From Raillietiella orientalis (lineage: Eukaryota), in NCBI GenBank assembly GCA_036172245.1, contig JAYWIR010000018.1:2108001-2172000 (forward strand): a DNA stretch of 64,000 nucleotides, in the 5' to 3' direction. A model generated the notes under the pieces. It had not been told where the DNA came from. It saw nothing but the letters and a program-made list of their open reading frames with translations, and ran no database searches. Below, one piece after another: positions 26,601 through 38,170 of this stretch (position 1 is the stretch's first letter; every line of letters starts with the position of its first letter). Made by a program: the position numbers and the translations under genes.

Positions 26601-28588
26601 ATCAGAAATGTTTTGATAGTCAACTCAGCTACAAATTTTCTGATTCATTTCTGTGAATTACATTCAAAGAAATTTGTCATATTTTTTAGCAGTGAAAATG
26701 TACATGGATGAACAAAACTCATAAGACAACATGTCATTCTTAAACTAGTATACCAATTGAATCAGGAATTATTATGATTTGTTTTTTGATGCATTTTCCA
26801 AAATTTTGTTTGACTTTTCCATTTATCTTAGTAATAATGTTGCAAACTACTTGTAAAATAATCCAAAAGGAAGCTAGATAAATTTTTTAGATATACCTTT
26901 TTGTTTTCACTATATTTTTGCATAATTGAGATCATTTGATTTTGTGTATCTGCCTTTTAGAATGCAACCTTGGGTGTATTGAGAACAGATTACTTTCAGA
27001 GCTCACCATGTTCTTTCAAACAAGTTGAAACAAATACAATTGCTTGCAGTTTTGGTGCTTTATCTTGTTATATCAGTAAGCTACATAGGTATGATAAGCA
27101 ATTCTTGTTTGCACAATCTCGGATGAAAATATTTGGGAATTGCATCCTCCTGCAGTGATGTTTCCTCTGTGATTTTCCTGTTATTTTTTGTAGGTTCATG
27201 CTACAGGAAATTCGAGAACATGACAAAATTCAACATGTAAGTGCAGATTGAAAGTTGCTTGTTAAAGTACCCATTAAATGTATGCATTTCAAAAACTTTG
27301 AAGTTATTACTTGATGAAACTGTTTACTTACTAATTAATTATAATTAATGTTGTGTGCATAATCTTAGTAAAGAAAACATGTGTAACATGAAAGAAAACG
27401 AACCATGCATCTAAGAAAGCAAAGTTTTAAACCATATTTTTTGTGAAGATACCTGCAAAAGATAATTAATTTATGTTTTTGTTTACTTTTCAGTTACCTG
27501 AAAATAAAGCTTTGCAAGGAATATGTGCTAGCATGGTAAAAGCATGGGAATTATATGGCAATGCTAAGTAAGCATGTGAAAGACAATAAATGCTTTAAAG
27601 CCATCAATTGCTTTTTGCAGTGCAGCAATTTTATTTCTAGTGGAAGATGTCACATATAACATCTGTGATCAACGCTTGCATGAATTTGAAATCAAAACTC
27701 AAAACCCATACATTAAGATTATCAGATGTACGCTGACACAAGTTGCAGCTGAAGGTTATGTTGGAGAAGACTACCAACTATTTATGTAAACTGTGATGTT
27801 TTTTTGATTTGAGTGCTTATAAGATAGCAGAAAAGATCTAGAGATTGCCTTAGTCTATATGAGAGCTGGTTATGCATCTGAGCACTATCCATCAGAGGCT
27901 GAATGGTCTGCAAGATTGTTGATAGAACAATCTAAAGCCATCAAGTGTCCGTCTATACATTATCAGTTGGCTGGCACCAAAAAAGTGCAACAGCAGTTAT
28001 CTTGTCCTGGAGTTTTGGAGCATTTTTTTGATGATTGTGGGATCATTGAACAACTGAGACAATCTTTTGCAATTCAATATGCTTTGGATATGGTAAAGTG
28101 AAACACGAATATAGCAGTATTATACTTATAGAATTCAGAAGGAGATGAAGCATTGCAGAAAGCATTGAGACAACCAGATCAATATGTATTGAAACCACAG
28201 AAAGAAGGTGGTGGGAACAATTTATTTGATGAGCAGATTGTTAGTTTTATTAAAGCACATGGCCATACAAACAGACGTTGTAGCTATATCTTAATGGAAA
28301 GGATAAAACCTCCTCAGCACTACAATTATTTGTTGCAACCGAATCATCTGCCTCAACTGTGCCCTATAGATAGTGAATTAGGGATATTTGGGTGTATTAT
28401 TGGGTCAGTATACCTTTACTAAAATTTGCATCTACAGATTCTATTTTAGAAACCAGAAGAATATCCTTTTCAATGAAGAAGTTGGTCATATTTTGCGGAC
28501 CAAACAATGCATCACGAATGAATCAGGCATCTCAAGTGGTATGGGAACTCTGGATAGCCCCTATCTTGTCAGTGATTTTGTAAACTGA
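23669..28588 (+). CDS. GSS: Glutathione synthetase, eukaryotic type, 10 exons, 470 aa
   Basis: Exons 23669-23738, 23848-24031, 24155-24230, 26961-27088, 27194-27236, 27494-27567, 27621-27785, 27831-28092, 28132-28403, 28450-28588 join in frame (1413 nt) with GT-AG introns. Motifs: PFVLFPTPF, LRTDY, KQVETNTIACSFG, YMRAGY, IEQSKAIKCPSIHYQLAGTKKVQQ, KPQKEGGGNN, ILMERI, SELGIFG, GHILRTK, LDSPYL. The start ATG is the least certain element. Confidence 0.95.
26379..26811. repeat. 78-bp inverted repeat pair (fold-back or MITE-like) in GSS intron 3
   Basis: 26379-26456 matches the reverse complement of 26734-26811 at 76 of 78 positions, with a 277-bp spacer. Confidence 0.9.
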
Positions 28589-29145
28589 CTTTTGTACAGT
28601 CTTTCATGTTTACATCAAAAAATGTGTTAGTGAAATATAATGTTTGTAATTCTTGGTATTTTATGCTTACGATTTTGAAATTTTAATTTAATGTGTAATG
28701 GTCAAAAAAGAAGACATGAGATAACTAAGCAACCAACTGAACACATCATTGCATCAAAATCTGAAAATGTTTCCTTAACATTTTTGAGACAGTTGATTTA
28801 GTCGTTATTTCAATCACCGACGATGTGAATGGTTACATCACATTGCATGGAGATGAACTTTAGATTGATGTTAACATCCATCTTATTTCAAATTACCATA
28901 GATCGTAATTCTGTTTGTTACCGTCGTTAAACCCAGGATTACAATGTATTCGTTTTTGCTATAGTTTTATCAAGTTCGTTCATCGTGAAACATCATGTGT
29001 TTGTGAGTTTTTAAATTTACATTTGTGCTTTGTTTTAGAATAGTTGATAATATTGCATCTGATGAGGCATTCTCTAAACTTTCATTTATTGTGATTGAAC
29101 CCGTTTTTGTGTAGTTCATACTGTATTGCTATGCCATTTGTTCAT

Positions 29146-29253
29146 CAGAAGGCTTCGAGTGGTCCATATCAATGTGTTGAAACCACAGAGAGAAAGTAAT
29201 GGGCATCTTATTTGATGAACAGATAGATAGCTTTATTAAAGGAAATAACATAC
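29146..29253 (+). pseudogene. Degenerate local duplicate of part of GSS exon 9
   Basis: Aligns to 28156-28268 (shared ttgaaaccacag..gaa and ttatttgatga.cagat..tag.tttattaaag) with two 2-bp deletions that break the frame. Confidence 0.8.
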
Positions 29254-32200
29254 TCAAGAGTGCCAGGTAATTTGTGATCTGAAGCTATAGGTAGCCTCAT
29301 TGTGTGCAGCACATTGGAGGGATTAAGGGACGAAAAGATAAACCCAAAGATGAATAAATAAATGTTGGGAATAGGACTGGCTTGGCCTCAGATACTGTGT
29401 GCCTCCAGAGCGCCTTTGTTTGAAGGGATGGGGACCTGAAAGTGAAGGATGCAGGTTTCTGATGCATTCACGTAACCTGACTACCAAGTTTTTGAGTCTT
29501 CCTTGTTAACTGATGAAAGTACGACCACTTCGACATGTCTCGCAAAATGACGGAGTTTCGGGTTTACCTCCACAACTAATCAAGTCATAACTCTTGCTTG
29601 AAAAGAAAGATTTGTAGCAAGGCAGCAAGTGATGGTTGCCAACTTGGTGAATACGCCCAATACTAAGTCTCTGGGGACATTTAATGCGTCTTACAAAACA
29701 AAAAATTGCTATTCTAATGTCAACAGTGCAAATAATTTGCGTTTGAAGTTATTTGCTTATTGTGGTGTTGGCACGTGTTCAACTGTGTTTCACAACATAA
29801 TTGCATAGTGGGTAATAATTCTTAGCAAAAATCAGATAATGAGTAAGAAATCTATATTATCTAACATATTACATTATTTCAATCGATAATTATTTAATTA
29901 AATATATTTATACTACACCTAGTCTTATATAACAGCAATATCCTTAAAGATAATTTAATTTACCAATTTCATGAAAGTCTAGAATAGTAATAAATATATA
30001 GCATTCTATTATATTCTGGGAGTTGGTGACATGAAAAAAAATTACTATGTACTTACTTAAATCTATGAAAATTACTGAAACTAAAAGAAGAGGGTGAAAT
30101 AATCGAATTCGTAGTTGTCAATAGTTATATGTGTATCTACAATGTTGATTGAAAGATACGTGATGTGGAAGTGAACATTGCAAAACTAGTTGAAACTTTT
30201 GTAATTGAAAGTTATTTAATAATTAAAATTTGGTTTTTAGTATTCCTTTGTAAAAATTAAGTTGGAACAATGTGTTCACCTCATAGAAGAGTTTCTAGAC
30301 TGGTGTGTTAACAAATATGGTGGAAATATGTGCATTAAAATTGGCATTTAAATATGCTGAGATTGTGAATTACAATTTTTGTATTTGATTTGTCCTTCCT
30401 TGGCTTTTACGACACGATATACAAAAATTTAAGAGGATCTGAGTGCGGTACAATTAAGAATGATTTGAGTCGGTGGTTCTTCAGGAATGTTGTTAATTCT
30501 ATGTCAGCAGTTGCAATTAAACGTAAGAGTTAAGTTAAGCATTGATATTGCTTTCTTTACAATTATATGATAAGTTTTATACGAAAGAAGAATCAGCTTC
30601 CTTTAAAATAGAATCAGGTACTCTAACAGACAATGGATGCATAAGGGATAGGGAGGTGAAATTTTATGATTTTACTGTGTCGACAGTGATTAGGAGGGTT
30701 AGATTAATAATCGACAATCCATCAAGAACTTCCTTTCCTTGTTGGTTGTATATAGTTTGGATTTTTTAGGAGCAAAGTTCTTAATAAAAGGGCAATTAGA
30801 AATGGTCAAGATGCAGTATAGCAGGATACTTTTTCATCCTTATCTTGCATTTTTCACGTCTATGAGATAAGCAGTGCAAGGGAGTATATTACGAAAACTT
30901 CTGAAGAAAATTTCCCGTTTTAAATGATCCACCTGTTTGCTATTCTTGGGAAGATGTTGCAGATAAATTTTCTTAAAAGCAGAAGAATTTAACAAAAAGG
31001 ACAGGTCAAGCTAGTGATGGGCTCATTCGTGGAGTTATTCAAAAAAAGTAAATTTTTAAAGTGTAAAATTTGCTTCGGAAGACATTCTCTTAAGTTGCAA
31101 TGAATGCATGGTAAAACACTTCAAGACAGTTGCAGTGAATTGATTGGATTTCTTTCGTTTTGAAAAGGCCATTTTTGTTATGAAAGAGATTTCCTCTTTT
31201 CTTAGCTAATCTTGATTTTTTTTTGCTTAATCTTTTCTAGAATTGAAATGCAAGGTAGAAAAATCATTTTAAAATAAGTTTTGGACGTATAATATCTATT
31301 TTCCTTTTATTTACATTAGAGATCAGCGGTGAAAATTTGATCTAGACTCTGATTGTAAAAGGAAATATTGTAAGTAATTACTAATATATTACTAATATAT
31401 TTAAATTGGCGTGTGCTTTACGTTCAGTAAAGATGTTGAATGCTGAGGAGTGGATTCCTTGGCATTAATTTTGGGATTGATTTGCACTATTATCTGAGTC
31501 CAAGATTCCTTTCAAGCATTTGTTTGAAATCCAGAATGACCCCAACTTTCAGTTTAAATCGAATCCTTAAGCTTAAAATAACTAAATGAAGGCAATTTTG
31601 GAAATACTGTTTAAAAAGTTGGTAAGTCTTATGTGATGTTTCATTCCTATTTCAAGACAGCAGTTTGGTCGATGGAAATGAATACATAATATGAATAAAT
31701 GACATGAATAAATATACAAATGATTCTCCAAGACGTGGAATGTGTGTCGACATCTAAAAGTTCTTTTCGGGCAAAGTTTGTGCAGAAAACTTAGAGTCTA
31801 GTTATCGGTAATTAGCGCGATCGAATGGAAGCAGTATCGCAAATAAAGCAGCGTTATGATAAAACAAAAAATGGAAATAAATTAACAACGTTATGAACTG
31901 TGATAAAACTAAGAAACTGACCTGTCCTGAAAATAATGAACTTAGATAATCGTTTCTGAACTTTTACTTACCAAACTTTCGAAGTGTACTGTAACTGCTG
32001 ATCTTCGTATAAATAAATCATGGGCCATTTAAACAAATAATAATAAGTAAGACATTTATGGGAGAAAACATTGTGCTCTAATAACGATTACAAGCTTGAT
32101 TTTGAGTGATTACTGATTACTTATGTGAACAAATTTTTATTAATATTTTGCAAAGAAACTATAGACTTGGCATTCCTATGAATGGAGTAATTACTGTGTT

Positions 32201-32511
32201 CATACGTGGTTGTACATTTGAATTTTTGTTCGAGACTACTGTTTTATTTAAAAGAGAAAAAAATTTCTTTTTGTGAAACCTTGTAAGGCATTTAACAAAG
32301 TATCACGAGAAATTACCGAAAATGAAATGACTCATTTCTCTATTAAAGTATCTTAATGCTTTTAACGTTGCACACTGTGCAGGAACGTTATTCTATTCCG
32401 TAGTTAAATGCAGTTGGTTTAAATCGATTTAAAAGAATTGCTTGAATTTTGTTAAAATAAGTTTGCCGTAGGTTATACTCTAATTCAAATGAGTAATTTC
32501 TAGCTTTGAAA

Positions 32512-32907
32512 ATGGCAACTTCAGTAACCACCTTAGGAGCAGTGAAAAAGTTTTATGAAGAGTATCATAGTAAAACTCCTCAAAAATTAAAAATCATTGA
32601 TGCGTATTTATTATATGTGTTCTTGACAGGAGTTATACAGTTTACATATTGCTGTTTAGTTGGAACTTTTCCTTTTAATTCTTTTCTCAGTGGAATTATC
32701 TCATCAATTGGTTGTTTTGTATTGGCAGGTAAGGTCTCTTAACCATATAAACCATAACTAGGTAACGTATTTTCAGTATGCTTGCGTATACAAGTGAATC
32801 CGGAAAACCAGGCACAATTTAAAGACAGTAGCCCAGAGAGAGGATTTGCAGACTTCATTTTTGCTCATGTATTGTTACATTTGGTAGTAGTAAACTTCAT
32901 GGGTTAA
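32512..32907 (+). CDS. DAD1: Oligosaccharyltransferase subunit DAD1/OST2, 115 aa
   Basis: Exons 32512-32728 and 32777-32907 (48-nt intron) give [83 protein letters not shown]. Confidence 0.97.
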
Positions 32908-32930
32908 TGGAATGCAAAATTTTGAATGTT

Positions 32931-35004
32931 TTATCCATTTTTATTATCATCATCTACTTGTTGTAAATATCGACACCGAGCTCGATGTAACATTTCTTCT
33001 CGGCGGTGTTGCAACATAGCTTCTCTTTCTTTGGAACATTTGGAAAATGAAGTGGCATTATTTTTACTGGAACAAAAGGAGAAATTATGCATGCTTTCAA
33101 ATTTCGACTTACATTGGTAGATTCCTGGACTGCTTTTCTATCTTCATCAAGGATTCAGAGCTACCCTTAAGTGTTGATGCTGTAGATGGCTCTTGTTCAT
33201 TCTGGAACATGGGAGGAGGAATCTCAAGAAGACCTTCCAAGATGTTATCAATTGTATGCTCGACAGAATGAGTTTTTTCCAGATCATGTAGTAAAATACT
33301 AAATGGCACATGTGGAAAGACTTCTTGAACATGATGTGCTTGAACTTCTAGGTGTGACGTATGCCAATGTCTCACTGCTACTGGAAGCAGCTGGGTATGC
33401 TGCACTTCAACAGAAAAACTTGGGAGCCAAGACACAAATCGAGAACCTAACTGGGAAGCTGATGAGGGTGTGACAGGACAACATAGAGAGCTACCATTAT
33501 AAGGATTAGATTGTTGAGCATTTATTAAGGATGGTAAGGGAGATGCTTTCTTCTGTAATCCATCCAGTGGCTGTCGGCAAGTTGGACAGGAAGTATCCTG
33601 CTCCAACCAGGAGCGCAGGCAAGAACTACAAAGACCCAAAATCATTCTTACACATTATACACGTAGTCAGAACAATTCTAACATGTTGAATGTATTCCAC
33701 ACATGCACACTTTCAACCAGAAATCAATCTATATTCCAAATGTTACCTGTGGAAATAGTGCAAGCAAGGTAAGCAACGAGCTAATTCTAAGCGTTCCCAA
33801 CAGATTGCACATGGCTCTTTAAGTTGATCTAATTCTTCTTTACTTGCCATTCGGTAACTTAGACATACATTTAGTTAACATATATAAGCAGAAGACAATT
33901 GCTTACTTCTTTTCCATGTGTCTTAAAATGTACCAATAGTTGTGATTCTGTCTCACTCGATTCTGGATGTCTTGCCACAGCATTCGTAACTCCAGAAATA
34001 TTACCAAGTTGGCCATAGATAAAAAGATGTTGCTGCGAAATAACATATGAGCATGATGCACCAAATCCACTAGTAATGCCATTAATTCAAGTCCAAAATC
34101 AGTTAGATGGGAAATGCTAACACGCATCTCCCAGACACCTTCAGATTTTAGTTCATAAAGGTGCAGCCCATACTGTACTATTACATTTGCAGTGCGTAGG
34201 GCGAGCACTATACACTAGTGAAAATCAAATCAAACCTTAATTTTTAACACGTTATTTTACCTACCTCAGGTGCCATCAAATAGAATATATCCATCCCTAT
34301 ACGTAATCCAACAAGCAGTGAAATGAAAATCATGCCTATGGTCACCAACAGGATACAAAACAACAAACCTATTAATCTTAAATGAGTTTTTCTGCTCGTA
34401 GTTGGGGATAAGACAAGCTGAAATGGGGAGTAGCAGCAGAAAAACAAAGTGCTTAACATACATATTCAAAACGATCTTTGCAGAGAAGAGCCAAAAGATG
34501 TAAAAAGCCCAAAGCTGAAAACCAAGAGCACCACAATATAACTTCATGAAGATCCTGCACTGTAACAACACCAAAAATGAAGATAAACTTGTAAAATACA
34601 AGATTCCAGAATTTGTCCTTAATATGCTGTTGCTCTGATACACGCAGTTCACCAAACATGACTGTCTGAATAGATTTACCCAGCAAGATGAGACAGCAAT
34701 ATGCCATGTTGATCATAGGCTACAGGATATTGTCTTCAATTACACTGAACTATCGAATACAAACCCAAATGCACAAGGATTCTTGCATCATGAAGTGTAG
34801 TACTTCTGTCACATGGAAGCTATGATCAACAGATGATACTATGTTAGACTCCTTTTCAGGCATTGTACTGTTCTGTTGCAAATGGGAATTCATCCATGTT
34901 ACTTGAATTGCATAATATAAAGAACAAGAAAGCAGAAGAATGCTGAAGGTTGTATATGCTTGCAAATTAGGCAATGGTAAGCGATCCAACCAAATAACTG
35001 GCAT
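32931..35004 (-). CDS. AMFR: E3 ubiquitin ligase AMFR/gp78, 7 coding exons, 572 aa
   Basis: Exons 35004-34765, 34719-34462, 34417-34265, 34214-33907, 33857-33747, 33625-33113, 33066-32931 (1719 nt, in frame). N-terminus MPVIWLDRLPLPNLQAYT; membrane region FGELRVSEQQHIKDKFWNLVFYKFIFIFGV and LCKDRFEY; RING-H2 CAICWE..LPCLHYFHSSCLRSWLEQDTSCPTCR; CUE domain VQEVFPHVP..DLEKTHSVEHTIDNILEG; G2BR-like FSKCSKEREAMLQHRREEMLHRARCRYL. Confidence 0.95.
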
Positions 35005-37229
35005 TTTTTACAATTGTAATATGAGCTTGTCACCAACTAATATACATCCTCAGCATGCAGAATACTGAAACAACGAATAGATATTACTTTTCATGGAAAC
35101 TTTTGTTTTTATGATAAAATGTCCAACATGATAAAATATTCATAAAATTCTGTAAATGGCTTTATGTAAACAGTTATAAATAATATACAATCAAGAGTCT
35201 ACCATCCTGGACTTGATAAGCAATGTATCAGAAAAATGCTTTAAATAGCATGCACATGTACATGAAAGCATGCTTTTTCTTGCACAAAAATCTGAGGATA
35301 CACTAATAATGCTTTGATAACAGCTCACTTGCCAGAATTATTAAGTTTTTGTTACAATGTCACTGAAACTTTGTAAAACGCTTTTCAACACAAAGATATA
35401 AAGTTCTAAGAAATAGGTGAACAGTCTCTCAATTCTTGACTGGACCACTGTCTGTGATACCTGGTCATCTTGTACTGATGAGAAAAAGTATGTCAAAGAT
35501 CTCTAAGATGGCACTGATATTTGATTGCCTGTAGCCATTATATGATGCCTTATTTATGTTTGTTAGATACAAACTCATGAGTTATTCTTCACTTCCTACA
35601 GTGCTACTGAGATAACAATCACTGTTAGAAATCAGAAAGGAAACTCATGCAAACACAGTTAAAGGGAATTTGAAAACAAAAGTCAAATTAAACTTAGACA
35701 TGGTAAATAAAATTCTTATTTGGTGACTGTGAACTCAAAGGAATAAGCATGTAACTTATTATAACTTACTTATATTTATCATGTAACTTATTATTGTAAG
35801 TTCACCCAACATGAGGTTATAAGGTTTGTTTGAGTCTACCTTAAATAACTCAAAATGAAAAGATATCACTAAAAAACATGGAGGGGGAGGATGTGAACAT
35901 TAATTAAAAATCTTTAGGTTATTTCAATGCACCTCCATTTACTTCATGCATGCCTTTCATAATAACTAAATGAATTCAAAATTCAATCAGAAACCCTTGA
36001 TAGATTACCATCATACAGTAATGGGTGAAGATGTTCCAGTAACTGATTTTATATGTATAAACAACTATAAACTGACACCTAAAAAACCAACTCTTAGTAC
36101 TAGTTCTTTTTTTGCAAAGTTATAATGTGGTGGAATAATTCAAATTTCAAAACTGTTCAACCATAATGGAAAACAAACAAAAACACACAATTACTGTAAA
36201 TGCCACTTTAGAAAAGCCTTAATTCTAAAAGAAAGTATAAAAGCATATGAAACTTTGCACAATAATCTACAATATGTACAACTACAAGAGATGTAAACAT
36301 TTATTCTTACAAGCATCATTATATTCAAGAGCATTTCTGTTGACTGATCCTGTAAAATGGTACAAGATACTCAGTCCTAAATATTTCATAAAACTTTTAT
36401 AAGGTTTAATTACTAAAGTGCAACAATAAAATCACTGTTGAAAGTTTCTGTAATAATTTTTACAAACACTAAAACATCTTTACATTAGACACTAACATAG
36501 CAGCTTATTCTTATCTTCTGCACACTAACAATACAAATGCCACTGTGAAATACTAAGAACAAAAACAGGCATTTTTGTTTGAGCAGAAAGGCAAATTAAT
36601 GAACACTCTTGAGAAAAATGTTTGACCCTTTTGGAATAAAATTTCAGCTTTACTTTGGTTCTTTTGGTTTATTTTCTTTTTTTCAATTGGGTGATCTTTT
36701 TTTTAAAGGATATATATTTTGCTAACAATGCCTAGAACAGTGTTTGATCAGAGCTATGGATTTGGGGGTCAAGTGAATCAGGCTTATGATGTTCATATTC
36801 AATTGAGAAATTTCGAGTACAAAATGTACGAGTCTGTTAAACCGTTTGCTATGGGAATGCTCCAAAATTTCTGATTTCGCCAAATTCATCTTTGTAGATA
36901 TACCAGGCTGTTTATAAGAAAAAGTCTCTAAACCAATAACCATAAAAATTTTTTTCAAAGCGAAAATCAAAACTAAATTTAAGGATGACTTAATTTACTG
37001 GTCTGTATTAAGAAAACACAGCAGATGGGGGCAGAAATACAGGAACCATATACTTTCTCAGCCAAGCAAATTTCGAATCCTGCAAATAATTTGCATTCAA
37101 CAATAAAAAATAATAAAGTAAAAACTCTAAAAGCAGTAACTGTACATAAAATTCAAAAATATGAGATAGAAAAAAAACACCACAGTTTCTTTTATTTCAT
37201 TACTTTACCATTTTACGAAAAAAATAATC

Positions 37230-38170
37230 GATTTCTTTAAAAAATCTACACATTTTCATAGCTATGTTCACCAACCAAATCATATGTTACTCTTTTATTT
37301 TACGTGCAAGCATATTAACATTGTCAGAAATGCGACGTGTACAAAACACTATTAGACCAAAAGTATTTGGAAAAGAATAATCCAATTTACAAAGAAAAAA
37401 AAAAAAAAAAAAACGAAATACGTGAAACATTACCTGTTTTTCTGAAACATTCGAGCGGACTAGCCGGGCCGTCATGATGTTACGTATATTCTACGTTTAA
37501 CGTTAATTTCTGATAAATCAAAATTTTGAATTTAGGAACCAGCATTATTTATTAACACTCGCAAAAGATTACTACCATTACACATACTTATCCTACCTTT
37601 CGTTTATAAACAGACCGTACAACAGCCTGCATGAAAACAAAGAAATTTCAAACTCAGTGTACTTAATCTCACGCTCAAGGTGATGAAATTATTCAGTTCT
37701 AGAAAGTTGCTACTGAAAATTTTCCCAACTTTAATCCAAGAACATTAAGAAGAAAAAAAAAATCCACAGTTCCTGGAAACCATGGTCTGCAAACCAGAAC
37801 GTATACAAACAACGAGATCATTTCTTTCAATCCAGGATGTACATGCAAACAGTTGGCAATGCATGCAACACGAAATGTTTCTTAGGAAGGGGCTCTGATC
37901 TCGAGATCGTTCAGAGTGCATTTTGGAAACACTGTGTGGTTTCCACTGTGTCGTGTGATGGTTTTCCTCAAACATTCTCTGAATTATTTAAAGATTTCAT
38001 GCGAAAGTCACAATTTTCTTCTTCAAAAATTCACTTTGCCTCCTTTGCAAACATAAAGTCTCCATACGTTGAACACTCAATAGAAATTTTTCTTTAAGAT
38101 TTTTGTTTTTTTTAAGGAAAAAAACCTTGCCAGCGAGTGTCTCACAACCGATCATTAACAAGCCTTAAAT
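37230..38170 (-). promoter_or_regulatory. Putative AMFR promoter and non-coding first exon
   Basis: Local CpG retention in otherwise CpG-poor DNA. Minus-strand donor CAG|GTAATG at 37434/37433 and acceptor TTTCAG at 35065 just upstream of the ATG imply a ~2.4-kb 5'UTR intron. This is inference. Confidence 0.4.

Noticed and set aside
30542..30769. 75-aa ORF between GSS and DAD1
   Set aside because: Non-ATG start, no homology recognised and no supporting splice context.
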